Both the position numbers and the translations under genes were made by a program. DNA of 64,000 nucleotides from Macrostomum lignano (taxonomy: Eukaryota). Location of the stretch: positions 186,001-250,000 of the forward strand of contig NIVC01001016.1 of NCBI GenBank assembly GCA_002269645.1. Reading direction: 5' to 3'. The stretch's first letter is position 1, and the number at the start of each line of letters is the position of its first letter. Shown in pieces: positions 1 through 33,600 of the stretch. The notes under the pieces are model-generated. The model searched no databases. It saw nothing but the letters and a program-made list of their open reading frames with translations, and was not told the DNA's origin.

Positions 1-49
1 CTCGACTTCATTTGTATTATATAATTGTCTACGGATCTACAGGTTTACG

Positions 50-290
50 GGATCAATTATCATCTTGATTTCATGATAAGGGTGGTTTAGGGCCAATTAT
101 CACCTTGATTTCAAGATACCAGGGTAATTGTTGTTTAGGGCCAATTATCACCTTGATTTCAAGATAAGGGTGGTTTAGGGCCAATTATCACCTTGATTTC
201 AAGATACCAGGGTAAATGTTGTTTAGGGCCAATTATCACCTTGATTTCAAGATAAGGGTGGCTTAGCGGTCAATTATCATCTTGATTTCA
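50..290. repeat. Intronic tandem repeat (TTTAGGGCCAATTATCACCTTGATTTCAAGATA core)
   Basis: About 5 variable-length copies. Confidence 0.85.
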
Positions 291-429
291 GAAGGAGTGT
301 GCAAGGGCCTAATTAACAGCACCTGGATTTCTTAAAAAAGCATTGATTTATTACCTAGATTTCACAACGGGGTGTTTAAAACGCGGTTAATTCGCAAAAT
401 TTGAAAATGATTTTATCAACCTTCGCCAG

Positions 430-21068
<20,639 letters not shown>

Positions 21069-21189
21069 GCTTGAGCTTCTTTGTAAATTGAACTTGTTAC
21101 TCTAGTCAGTGTCCGTTGTTCTTGAGCTTGTTGTTATCTGCAGATTTTCACCTTTTTTCTACTTTTTACTTTTGAGTTACTTTGATTTT

Positions 21190-22275
21190 CCCCAGATACC
21201 TCTAGCTTAATAACCCCCCAATTCTCCCAAATCCCTGTAGCTTAATCGTCTAATCTCCCAGATCCCTGTAGCTTAATCCCCTAATCTCCCAGATCCCTGT
21301 AGCTTAATCGTCTAATCTCCCAGATCCCTGTAGCTTAATCCCCTAATCTCCCAGATCCCTGTAGCTTAATCGTCTAATCTCCCAGATCCCTGTAGCTTAA
21401 TCCCCTAATCTCCCAGATCCCTGTAGCTTAATCGTCTAATCTCCCAGATCCCTGTAGCTTAATCCCCTAATCTCCCAGATCCCTGTAGCTTAATCCCCTA
21501 ATCTCCCAGATCCCTGTAGCTTAATCCCCTAATCTCCCAGATCCCTGTAGCTTAATCCCCTATTCTCCCAGATCCCTGTAGCTTAATCCCCTATTCTCCC
21601 AGATCCCTGTAGCTTAATCCCCTAATCTCCCAGATCCCTGTAGCTTAATCCCCTAATCTCCCAGATCCCTGTAGCTTAATCCCCTATTCTCCCAGATCCC
21701 TGTAGCTTAATCCCCTAATCTCCCAGATCCCTGTAGCTTAATCCCCTAATCTCCCAGATCCCTGTTGCTTAATCCCCTATTCTCCCAGACCCCTGTAGCT
21801 TAATCCCCTAATCTCCCAGATCCCTGTAGCTTAATCCCCTAATCTCCCAGATCCCTGTAGCTTAATCCCCTAATCTCCCATACCCCTGTAGCTTAATCCC
21901 CTAATCTCCCAGATCCCTGTAGCTTAATCCCCTAATCTCCCAGATCCCTGTTGCTTAATCCCCTAATCTCCCAGATCCCTGTAGCTTAATCCCCTAATCT
22001 CCCATACCCCTGTAGCTTAATCCCCTAATCTCCCAGATCCCTGTAGCTTAATCCCCTAATCTCCCAGATCCCTGTAGCTTAATCCCCTAATCTCCCAGAT
22101 CCCTGTTGCTTAATCCCCTAATCTCCCAGACCCCTGTAGCTTAATCCCCTAATCTCCCAGATCCCTGTAGCTTAATCCCCTATTCTCCCAGATCCCTGTA
22201 GCTTAATCCCCTATTCTCCCAGATCCCTGTAGCTTAATCCCCTAATCTCCCAGATCACTGTAGCTTAATCCCCGC
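21190..22275. repeat. Minisatellite, 31-bp unit (GTAGCTTAATCCCCTAATCTCCCAGATCCCT), downstream of the NALCN stop
   Basis: About 34 copies. Confidence 0.95.
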
Positions 22276-23057
22276 GGTTGTTGAATGATCCCAATATTTT
22301 CAAACATTGCTACCAACATGTTCCTTACTAATCCTTTGTTAATCTTGCATCCTAAATATTGCGCCCCATGGCATATAAGATAATTTTATTGAACACGCGC
22401 AGTCGCTTACTTTTATGTCGCATTTGTTACCTCTGCTTTTTTGCGACTGCTGAAAAAAGTGATTTATGCTGAAATATAAATCAGCTTATAGCTTTGTATT
22501 GACATTGTTATTTTGTTTTTTTCTTCTATTTACTGCTTTCCTGTGTTTTAAATTCGTCTTTAACGAGCAATTTAAATGAGGTTTTTTACACTTCTTTATC
22601 CGTTTACACGTAGAGCTTATTTAGATTGATGCAATGCATACTACCTAAAGTAGTACACTGAAATCTTTATGTTCTAGTCGTTCTTTTTTTCTATTATTAG
22701 ATCGATTTTGTCAATTAGCTAAAATTCGTGATATTTTTTTCTATCGTTAGTTGTTTCTTTTAACTTATTTTACTACTATTAGTAGTAGTGTTAGTTTGTT
22801 GTTGTTTTTCCACTGCTGTGTTAAATTCTATGCACTATCGTGGTTGCAAGTTGATTAGTTAACTAACCCCTGCGAATTGTGCAACATTTTTATCTCTCGC
22901 ATATAAACGCCAGATGTTTTCTGACAGAAGTTCTAAACGTTGACTACTCACTATGGATTATACAAGTAGTATTAAAAGATGCAAATATTCTTTTATGTAG
23001 TATTATATGTCATATGAGTTATACCAAATTCTCAAACTTATCATTTTCGTATTTATA

Positions 23058-23063
23058 AATAAA
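23058..23063 (+). terminator. Candidate NALCN polyadenylation signal (AATAAA)
   Basis: AATAAA at the end of the AT-rich stretch downstream of the NALCN stop; assignment is inferred. Confidence 0.35.
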
Positions 23064-23269
23064 TAATATCTATTATATATATATTTGGCAATGCTAATTA
23101 ATTCCGCCGTGTTTCTGCTCCTGTGTTCTTTTTGTCAGCCGAAAGAGTTCAGCATAGTTAAAACGGAATTTAGAGCAATATAAATCATCTGTTGATAAGA
23201 TGATTAGCGGCATGGATCGAAGAGCTGCTGAAATTATTGTAGAAACAACGTAGATAAAATACTAGTATC

Positions 23270-24560
23270 GGTCAAAGAGCGGTATAAGTCAAGAGCGGCT
23301 TAGATCAAAGAGTGGTATAAATCAGAGCGGCATAGAGCATTTCAAGGAGAGCGGCATAGAGCAGATTAAGGAGCGGTATAGATCAAAGAGCGGCATAGAT
23401 CAAAGAGTGGTATAGATCAGAAAGCGGCATAGATCAAGAAGTATATATAAAAGAGCAGTATAGATCAAAGAGCGGCATAGATCAAGGAGCGGTATAGATC
23501 AAGGAGCGGCATAGATCAAAGAGCGTCATAGATCAAGGAGCAGTATAGATCAAAGCGGTATAGATCAAAGAGCGGTATAGATCAAAAAGCAGCATAGATC
23601 AAGGAGCATTATAGATCAAAGAGCGGCATAGATCAAGGAGCAGTATAGATCAAAGAGCGGCATAGATCAAGGAGCAGTATAGATCAAAGAGCGGCATAGA
23701 TCGAACAGCGGTATAGATCAAGGAGCAGTATAGATCAAAGAGCGGCATATATCAAGGAGCGGCATAGATCAAAGAGCGTCATAGATCAAGGAGCAGTATA
23801 GATCAAAGCGGTATAGATCAAAAAGCAGCATAGATCAAGGAGCATTATAGATCAAAGAGCGGCATAGATCAAGGAGCAGTATAGATCAAAGAGCGGCATA
23901 GATCAAGGAGCAGTATAGATCAAAGAGCGGCATAGATCGAACAGCGGTATAGATCAAGGAGCAGTATAGATCAAAGAGCGGCATATATCAAGGAGCGGCA
24001 TAGATCAAAGAGCGTCATAGATCAAGGAGCAGTATAGATCAAAGAGCGGCATAGATCAAGGAGCAGTATAGATCAAAGAGCGGCATAGATCGAACAGCGG
24101 TATAGATCAAAGAGCGGTATAGATCAAAGAGCGGCATATATCAAGGAACGGCATAGATCAAAGAGCGTCATAGATCAAGGAGCAGTATAGATCAAAGAGC
24201 GGCATAGATCAAGGAGCAGTATAGATCAAAGAGCGGCATAGATCGAACAGCGGTATAGATCAAAGAGCGGTATAGATCAAAGAGCGGCATATATCAAGGA
24301 ACGGCATAGATCAAAGAGCGTCATAGATCAAGGAGCAGTATAGATCAAAGCGGTATAGATCAGAGCGGTATAGATCAAAGAGCGGCATATATCAAGGAGC
24401 GGCATAGATCAAAGAGCGTCATAGATCAAGGAGCAGTATAGATCAAAGAGCGGCATATATCAAGGAGCGGCATAGATCAAAGAGCGTCATAGATCAAGGA
24501 GCAGTATAGATCAAAGAGCGGCATAGATCAAGGAGCGATATATATCAAAAGCGGCATAGA
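23270..24560. repeat. Minisatellite, 20-21-bp unit (GAGCGGCATAGATCAAA)
   Basis: Immediately upstream of the MCM10 ORF. Confidence 0.95.
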
Positions 24561-24606
24561 ACGAATTGAAAGTGATGCTTCACTATTACAATACTTCGAT
24601 TTCCTG

Positions 24607-27600
24607 ATGTCGAAGCAGCACAATCCAGCTTCCGAGTGCGATGATGAGGCGCGAAAATCCGCGCCATCAGACGACGAGTCTGACTCCGACTCTGACTCCG
24701 ATTGGGACTGCATCCAGGAGGAGAGCATGGAAGATTTCAAAGCCAGACAATTGGAGAAGCAGAAAAATTTGCAACAAAGTTCGTCAGGCTACACAGATAT
24801 CGGCATTGAATCTTTTCTTAATAGCCCGTCTCCCGCCTCGTCTTCAGCCTCAGCTGCTTCATCCAGTAGATTAATAGACAAAGTCAATAAAGAGCTGGAG
24901 AGACGCGGCGGCTCCTATCTGCCACGAGGCTCAAGCGTTGACAATGGTGAACGTCGGGGCATCGACGAACTAGACGATGACGGGACCGTCTCCAGGCGAC
25001 CGAAGAAGCGGCAAGCCGCCGATGCCGCCGCTTTCGACTCGGATGACCGAAACGTCGACGATGAGGGGGAGGCGTTTTCAGAGTTTGGACAGCTGGTTTA
25101 CAAGCGAATGCGACTGTTGGAGGAAGAGTCCCAGGATAGAAGCAGGGACCGGAGATTGAACGACAGTATTAGCGCCAAGGCTTCGGCATCTGCGGAGGAT
25201 AAAGGTTTGATAGCAAAGCAAAAATAAGTTTTATTGGTTTTAGATTGTCTTTGCATCGATAGCTTTAATTATAGAGTAATGTCCTTTCGCACTACTACGA
25301 TAGAAATTCAATAATGAGTAGTATAAAAAAATTAAAAGTAATTCTTCAGTAAATAATAAAAAGAATAACTGATTACACCTGCCCCAATAGGCAGATGTGC
25401 AACCGACAGCTCAGCCGCAGCTATTGCGCAGCGCATCTGAAGGCTGCGTACGGCTGTTCAGTCCAAGGACTGGGGGGTCGCCACACACACCCTCAATTAC
25501 CCATTTTACAGCTCGGAATCGAAAATCGGGTTCGGAATCGAACCCCTGACCTTTCAGTCGTGAGTCCGGCGCTCTGACCACTGGGCTGCAACCCTTCAGT
25601 AAAGTATTAGGAATAGAGCTCGTTTTGTTTTAATTCCTGCTGTAGCTTACCCTAGCTACCGATATGTATCGAAAATAGATTTTTAATAGAGGCCTTCACG
25701 TCAGAAAAAATGTATTATTAAATAATTATTATTCACAGGAGGACTGTGGGGACACCATCTTTGGTGTTGCACATCTGGCCCAATTAGGGCAGGTGTAATC
25801 AATATTATTATTTTTTATTATTATGAGCACACGCTCATGTACAGTCTCTGTGTGCCTTGGGGGCTGGCCTTCGGGGCTGTGAATCGCACAACAACTCGCT
25901 CAGGCAATCGAACCACGGACCGCAGTGGCGCGAGAATCAGACGCTTGTTTTGTCCGATTTATACTACTATGATAGCATTTCAATAATAAGTAGTGTAAGA
26001 CAGACAGATTTATTATTGTTTGCTCAAGCAAGTTTAACCGTTTCTCTTTCAGCAACAAAACAGCAGCAGCAATCAGAGCAGAAGCAGCAATCCCTAGCAG
26101 AAGAATTGAAAGCCAAACGAGAATCTCTCGTGGCCGCAATCAAATCAGATTTTTCAACTCGAAAATCCAGCACAGCTTCCGATCCAGGCGACTTCACAGT
26201 CCTTGCCGGTACTCGACTCCGCCTGACCCGTTTGAAAGTGTCCTCGTTAGACTGGGAGCAACGGTTGATGCGCGGCAGACGCCTAGTTGCCTTGGCAACC
26301 AATGCAGACCAGCTGGGCAGGCAGTTGGAGCAGTGCCGCAGCGATGGTGTGCAGCCGGTGCTGGTTGCCGTGCTGGTTGGAGCAGTTCAGCAGCAGCAGC
26401 AGAAGCGGCAGTCTGGCGGTAGTAAATCTTCGTACTCGATTTGGCGTCTGGCAGATTTAGCTCGACTGGACCAGCAGCCTGCGGGCCTGTTTCTGTTCGG
26501 CAAAGTGCACGAGGCGCACTGGAAGCAGGCGGCCACGGGGCTGGCAGTGGCGGTGCTGCAGCCGCGCATTCTGCCGGCTCGGGCTGGCAGTAGCGGCAGT
26601 TCAGGTTTGTTTCGATTGTTGTTACCTAGATTAGGGATGAGATATCATAGGTGAAAGTTAAGATGTCATCGATTGAAGGTGAGATCTCGTAGATCGTAAG
26701 ATGAAATCTCATAGATCATAAGATGAGATCTCGTAGGTCATTAGTTGGGATCTCGTAGGTCATTAGTTGGAATCTCGTAGGTCTTTAGTTGGGATCTCGT
26801 AGGTCAATGGGATCTCGTAGGTCATTAGTTGGGATCTCGTAGGTCAATGGGATCTCGTAGGTCATTAGTTGGAATCTCGTAGGTAATTAGTTGGAATCTC
26901 GTAGGTCATTAGTTGGGATCTCGTAGGTCAATGGGATCTCGTAGGTCATTAGTTGGGATCTCGTAGGTCAATGGGATCTCGTAGGTCATTAGTTGGGATC
27001 TCATAGATCATAAATAGAGATCTCATAGATCGTAAAATGAGATCTCGTAGGTCATTATTTGGGATCTCAAATATCATAAGTTGGGATCTCGTAGGTCATT
27101 AGTTCGGATCTCAAATATCATAAGTTGGGATCTCGTAGGTCATTAGTTGAGATCTCATAGATCATAAGTTGTGATCTCATAGATCATAAGTTGGGATCTC
27201 ATCGATAGAGGGTGAGGTGAGATATAATAAGTAAAGGTTGAGATCTCATCAATAAAAAGTTCGATCTCTTACGTTAGCGGATATAAATAAGATCTCATAG
27301 ATGATAGGTTAAGACCTCCTAGATTAAAGGGTTCAAATATCTCATAGGTCACTAGTTGAGATTACATACGAGTTAGGTTGGAGAGTGCGATCTCATAGAT
27401 CGAAGGTGAGACGTCATAGGTAGAGGTGCAGACATAGTTAAGGTTAGATATCACAGATTAAATGTTAAGTCATTGTCTCCTAGATATCAGGCATAAGATT
27501 CCATATTAAAAAACCATCTCTCAGGAATGAGTCTGGCCATAGACAATCCGCAGCAGCTGCTTATCCTGGGCAAAGCAGCCGATTATGGAGTCTGCGGCCG

Positions 27601-30600
27601 GCCGACTAAATCCGGAAACAACGGTGGCCGCTGCCAGAATGCCGTTAATTTGGCCGTGTGTCCGGTGTGCGAGTATCACGCTGGTCAGGAGTACAGGAGG
27701 TTGGCTAGCAAACGGTCGGATGTGGCCTCCACCTTTGTCGGAGTGGAGCCTAGGAAGTATCGCGAGGTGAGGGACCGCTCTGAGGGTACGAGTATCCACC
27801 ACTCTTCCTAGCCTTCTTAGTCATTCCGTAGCTTCCAAAGTTGCTCTTCAGACCCCCTTCTCACTCCGCAGATATCCACCTCACACAGGAAACACCCACC
27901 ACAGCTATCTTGAAGACTAGTTAAGTGACAAAAAAATTGCCCAAAAAACGGGTTGTGTTTTCAAAAACAATGCACCACTAGAAGTTTTTATATAAATTTT
28001 CAAAATGATTTTGCGAGATATTTTTATTTTATTGCATGTTTTTACTTTTACAATGATTTCTGTGCTGAAATTATAGCATCTGTGGTCTGGTAGTTAAGGG
28101 TTACTTGTATAATGTATAGCATACGTATAATTTTTGATCAAACATATCAATACATAAATTAGTAAACTTCATTAAATGAAAAATGGTGAATAATTAGACT
28201 TTCAATAACATTTTGATAGAAAATCACCTTTACCTTTAAAAATAGTTATTAACTAAAAGCAACTTGTTCACTGGTGCCGTGAGTTGTACACAATTGTGCA
28301 TTTCAGCAGCTGCTTGCTGTACTGTGCACTCATTTTCGCCACTTTGTAGCTGCTGTCCCAGAGGCGACTGAAGTCCGCATGCACAGCCTCACTTGCCTGC
28401 TCCGACCAGAATCCAAGGCCATGCAGAGCTGATCCAGGCATTTGCGGCTGGTTGCGAAGAAATGGAGCAACATGCTCAAAGACAGCATGGACTTTAGGGC
28501 TGACAGGAATGCCAACATCCTTGTAGGCCGCAGCAAATGCCTTTATTGCTGCATCGTAGCCGTCTAGAAGCACCAGTCCAAAACAAGTCCTACAGACTTC
28601 ACGAAAGGTGCGAAGGGCTTGTACAATAGGCATGGCTGCTATGGCACCGCAGTCTTGCAGCATTTGCTCAAGTGAGTCGACACTGTTTAGCAGCTTGCTG
28701 CAGTGGTTGCCAGTAAACTGCCCACCTTGATATGGTGCCTGCCAGATGTTTAAACGATTAGCAAAGTCCTGTGCTCGTATTGTACAGTTGGAGATTGACT
28801 GTAATCGAGAATAAAGCTCCTTGAACAGCCGATTGACAATACCTAGCATCAAGTGCAACTCCATTGGAGGCACAATGTTGATCACCAAAGTCTCGTCTGG
28901 AAAATCAAGCAGCGGCATTCTAACACAATTCTTGAACCTGGCAGCCGAGTGCCTTGTGCTACTTGTCTGTTGCACCAGCTCTTGGTAGCTGTTAGCATTC
29001 TGTCGTATGCTGCCAAATGACCGCAAGGGAACTTCATGATGTATGCTACAGAATTCTTTGCAGTTCAACTCGCACCATGGACAGGGGTGACTGCTGCTGG
29101 CACACTGGAGGCCAAGTAGTGCGTTAGCCATCTTCATGTCAACAGCAAGACTGAAGCGTACCTGTTGCAGTCTCAGAAGGTCCAGGACAGCCTTGATGTT
29201 GAAGTAGGACTCTCGAACATCTTCGAAAATTGCAAGGATCAGCAGTTTTTTCACTCCACTATCACAGAAACGAGAACTGCATGCGGCAGCAGAATAGCTT
29301 GTCTTTGTTTTAGGTTGTTGCTCTGCTCCAATTCGCACAATAGTGAGACAGACCTTCAAGAAGTTGCCTCCTCCATCTATGCCAATTTTAACTTCAAAGT
29401 TTCCTTCTTCAATGCAGCGGTGGTACAGAAGGCTATCAATGAGTCCCTCCGGGTCCTTGCAGTATACAACGTGTCTCATCTCTGTTGCTGCATCCTTCCC
29501 AACCTCCAGCTGCATTGCCTTTACATCAAAGAAATCACCTAGCTCCTCATCCAGCTGACGTAACTTTGACATCAGTCCAGAGTCCACAGACTTGCGTCCT
29601 TTCCAGTTGCGCAGGAACTCAGCTGCCAGTTTAGTCTGCTGGCCACTTAAGCCAAGAGTATTCTGAAACCTGTTGAACTCTTTGGCAGTCACAGGCTTGT
29701 CAACAAATGTGGCACAAAAGTTTTTGCATTGCGCTGTAGTTGTCACTGTCAGCTGATAAGGTCCACGAGTTGCTAACTGTGTGGAGAGAAAGGCACCACT
29801 GGTGCACTTTGTCTTTATGAGGTCTGATGCATGGATTTCTGCACCTCTTTTGTCCATGGCAAACTGAAGTGAAAGGTTTTTTCTTCTTTGAGTCACATTG
29901 CAATTGTGAGATATACCTTTGCCAAGCACAGAGTAGCAGCGCATGCAGGTTGATACAGGTTGAGCTTCAGGCAGAGGATCTTCGATGCCAGATGAAGGTC
30001 TCCCACGAGGGTGTGCACTGACTTTCCGTGATCCAAGGCCTTTACCAATAGGTGTCCATCTTGCGGCAGTGCAGATGCCACACTCGCACATGGTCGTTGA
30101 GCGTGTTAGGACGGTCATTTTTATGCTTGAAAAGTCGAATGATCGAGGCAAAGCATCTTCTTCTCGCTTTCCTGCCTCAATGTCAGCCAGCAGAGTTCTG
30201 CATCGAGTGCACACTGCAGCTGGTAGTTGCTCATCATCAAGATTACAGCTTGGCATAAAAAACCGGCGAATCCTTGTGAGTACAGTTTCACCAATTGGCT
30301 TCATGCTGTTTCCTTTTTGCATGCAAATGAGACATACTTTGAGCCGATTTTCTGCATGTGATGCTCCGCATGATGGGTTTGGCATGGTTGCAGCTAAATA
30401 CTATATCAGGTTGAGTTAATTTTCCAGTTTTGATTGCTTAAGATGACACTTTCATGCGGCATTGATATTATAGCTTGTTCATTCCACTACCAAATGAGGT
30501 TACAATTTTAGGCTCACACAGCTTGTACAATGTACATAACTTTAAGCTTGTACTCAGCAGTGTAAGTTGATGTCTCAACTGATTTTAGTGTAAATGTACG

Positions 30601-33600
30601 CTTGTATATAGGCATCCAGCCTTTATAAAGTTATGCAATTTTAAAAACACAAAGGCTAGGAGCTGCTACACATCTCTTACATCACATTTTAAAAGTTGTT
30701 CTGCTAAAAAGATACACTGTGTTCTGAATTATTAGTGGGTCACAGATATTCTTAGCTTGGAACTCCTTGTAAAAGTCAAAACATGCAATAAAATAAAAAT
30801 ATCTCGCAAAATCATTTTGAAAATTTATATAAAAACTTCTAGTGGTGCATTGTTTTTGAAAACACAAACTGTTTTTTGGGCAATTTTTTTGTCACTTAAC
30901 TGGTCTTCAAGATAGCTGTGCCACCTCACTCCGCAGACAGCCACCTTTACTCCCTCGACCCACCCCACTCCACAAACACCCACCTCACTCCCTAGACAGC
31001 CATCTCACTCCGCAGACACCCACCTCACTCCGAAAACACCCACCTCACTCCGCAGACACCCACCTCACTCCGAAAACACCCACCTCACTCCGCAGACACC
31101 CACCTCACTCCAAAGACATCCACCTCACTCCGCAGACACCCACCTCACTCCGAAGACACCCACCTCACTCCGAAGATAACCCACCCCACTCAATTTCTCT
31201 TCCCGCAGCCCCACAAGCCGTTGGCCGCGGCAGCCGCCAGTCCGATTGGCGTCACATTTTTGAAGAGCAACAACAACAGCAGCATCAAATTTGGCCAGTC
31301 TCATTCGTCAAGCTTGCCGACGTCACAGGCCTCCGCGACAAGCGGCGGCGGTGGCATCAGCGGAATTCGAGCCTTCCTGCAGCAGCAGAACGCTTCGGCC
31401 AGCAATTCGCCCGGTGCTCGAATGCTGCGTCGGTCTATTGAAGTGTCAGTCACGACACAGAAGCAGAAAAACCAGTCGCAGCAACAGAGCCAATCTTCTT
31501 CGGTTCCATTTTCCGGCATCAGCCGGGTCGGCATGCCGGATCCTAGCAGCGGCACAAATTTGCCATTCTCAGAATTTGCGGCCGGAATGAATCGAGATTT
31601 TCGGCCAACTCTCGGCCGAGGCTGTGGGGTTGGCGACACGGTCGATTTGAACGACACCTGTCCAAGTAATCAGGCTGGTCCGGTGCTGCCCAAACCGACT
31701 GTAATGTCTGTTGGGGAGATTGCCAAGTTGAAGGCAATTAAGAAGGTAAGCAATGTTTTATTATTATTCAGTTTTCATTCATTTAATACCGGTATTGCTT
31801 TTTAAAGACACCCAGATTACTCCATACACACCCACCTCACTCCATAGACACCCACCTCACGCCATAGACACCCAAATCACTCCATAGACACCCACCTCAC
31901 TCCATAGAAACCCACCTCACTCTATGGACACCCACCTCACTCTATGGACACCAAACTCACTCCATAGACACCCACCTCACTCTATAGATACCCACCTCAC
32001 TCTATGGACACCAAACTCACTCCACAGACACCCACCTCACTCCATAGACACCCACCCCAGTCCATACACACCCACCTCACTCCATAGACACCCACCCCAG
32101 TCCATACACACCCACCTCACTCCATAGACACCCACCTCACTCCAAAGACACCCACCTCACTCCGTAGACACCAACCTCACTCCATTGATACACATCTCAC
32201 TCCATAGACACCCACTTCTCTCCTTAGGCACCCACCTCTCTCCATAGGCACCCACCTCACTTCACAGGCACCCACCTCACTCCATAGACTTCGAAGAAAT
32301 ACATCTATTCATGTTTTTCTCTAAAAGCAAGAGTTTTTTACTTGCTACTCACACTTATCGATAGTTTTCCTATTCACCTTTATTTTTCGTTTTCTCTTTT
32401 AACTCTGTTCTACATCTTATAATCTTATTGCCTATGAAAACAATGATTACAACTTACCTTTTATAGCATAGGCTGCTCGCCTTTATTCATAAATTACACA
32501 CCCAGACGTTTGTTCCCCATTAATTACTGCGACAAAAAACAAGTTTTCATTTTCTCTTTTCTGCATTAGCGACATTCCGACGCCCCAAGAAGCCAAAAGA
32601 GCTGAAAATCTTCAGACTTAATGTCTTGAATTAGGGGTCAAATACTCGTGCTCGCCAATTAGGTGTCAGATACTCCAAAATTAGGTGTCAGATACTCGTC
32701 AATTAGGAGTCAGATACTCTTCAATTAGGTGTCAGATACTCCCTAATTAGGTGTCAGATACTCGGTAATTAGGTGTCAGATACTCCACAATTAGGTGTCA
32801 GATACTCCACAATTAGGTGTCAGATACTCTGCCAATTAGGTGTCAGATACTCGGTAATTAGGTGTCAGATACTCGGTAATTAGGTGTCAGATACTCTGCC
32901 AATTAGGTGTCAGATACTCGGTAATTAGGTGTCAGATACTCGGTAATTAGGTGTCAGATACTCGGTAATTAGGTGTCAGATACTCTTCCAATTAGGTGTC
33001 AGATACTCGGTAATTAGGTGTCAGATACTCGGTAATTAGGTGTCAGATACTCTTCCAATTAGGTGTCAGATACTCTGCCAATTAGGTGTCACGCTCCAAA
33101 TAAGGTGTCAGACGCTCAGATTAAGAAGTCAGACGCTCAGATTAAGATGTAAGACGCTCGGATTAAGATGTCACACGCTCGGATTAAGATGTCAGACGCT
33201 CGGATTAAGATGTCAGACGCTCGGATTAAGATGTCAGACGCTCGGATTAAGATGTCAGACGCTCGGATTAAGATGTCAGACGCTCGGATTAAGATGTCAG
33301 ACGCTCGGATTAAGATGTCAGAGTCCCAATTGAGATATGGGACCATCCTAATTAGTGTCAGAAACGCCCAAAACCGTGCACAATCAGGCTTACAACAGAG
33401 TAGCTCCGTCTCACCCCCCCCCCTTTCTGTCAGATGCGAGCAGCGGGCGGCATGGAGCAGCTCCAACAGCAGCACAGCCAGCGCCGTCTAGCCGAACTCA
33501 ACCAGCGACTCAACGAAGATTCCGTTGGAGACGCCGCCGAGACTCAAGCCTCAACTGTTAGCAAGCCTGCTCGGCAACACCGGCTGTTAGGAAACATCGA

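Larger units (their letters stand above)
27900..30920 (-). mobile_element. Chapaev-type (CMC/Transib-related DDE) DNA transposon, apparently intact, in an MCM10 intron
   Basis: 154-bp TIRs starting CACAGCTATC (27900-28053 and 30767-30920, 4 mismatches by eye). 4-bp TSD CCAC (27896-27899 / 30921-30924). Removing the element and one CCAC restores a perfect host minisatellite unit. Uninterrupted 705-aa ORF. Confidence 0.9.

Noticed and set aside
23200-23252. Short ATG-initiated ORF as MCM10 exon 1
   Set aside because: Its candidate donor is phase 2, whereas the acceptors near 24615-24618 are phase 0; no in-frame join found.
27900-30920. Classification as Transib or ProtoRAG
   Set aside because: Flanks support a 4-bp (CCAC), not 5-bp, TSD, and there is no RAG2-like ORF inside the element.
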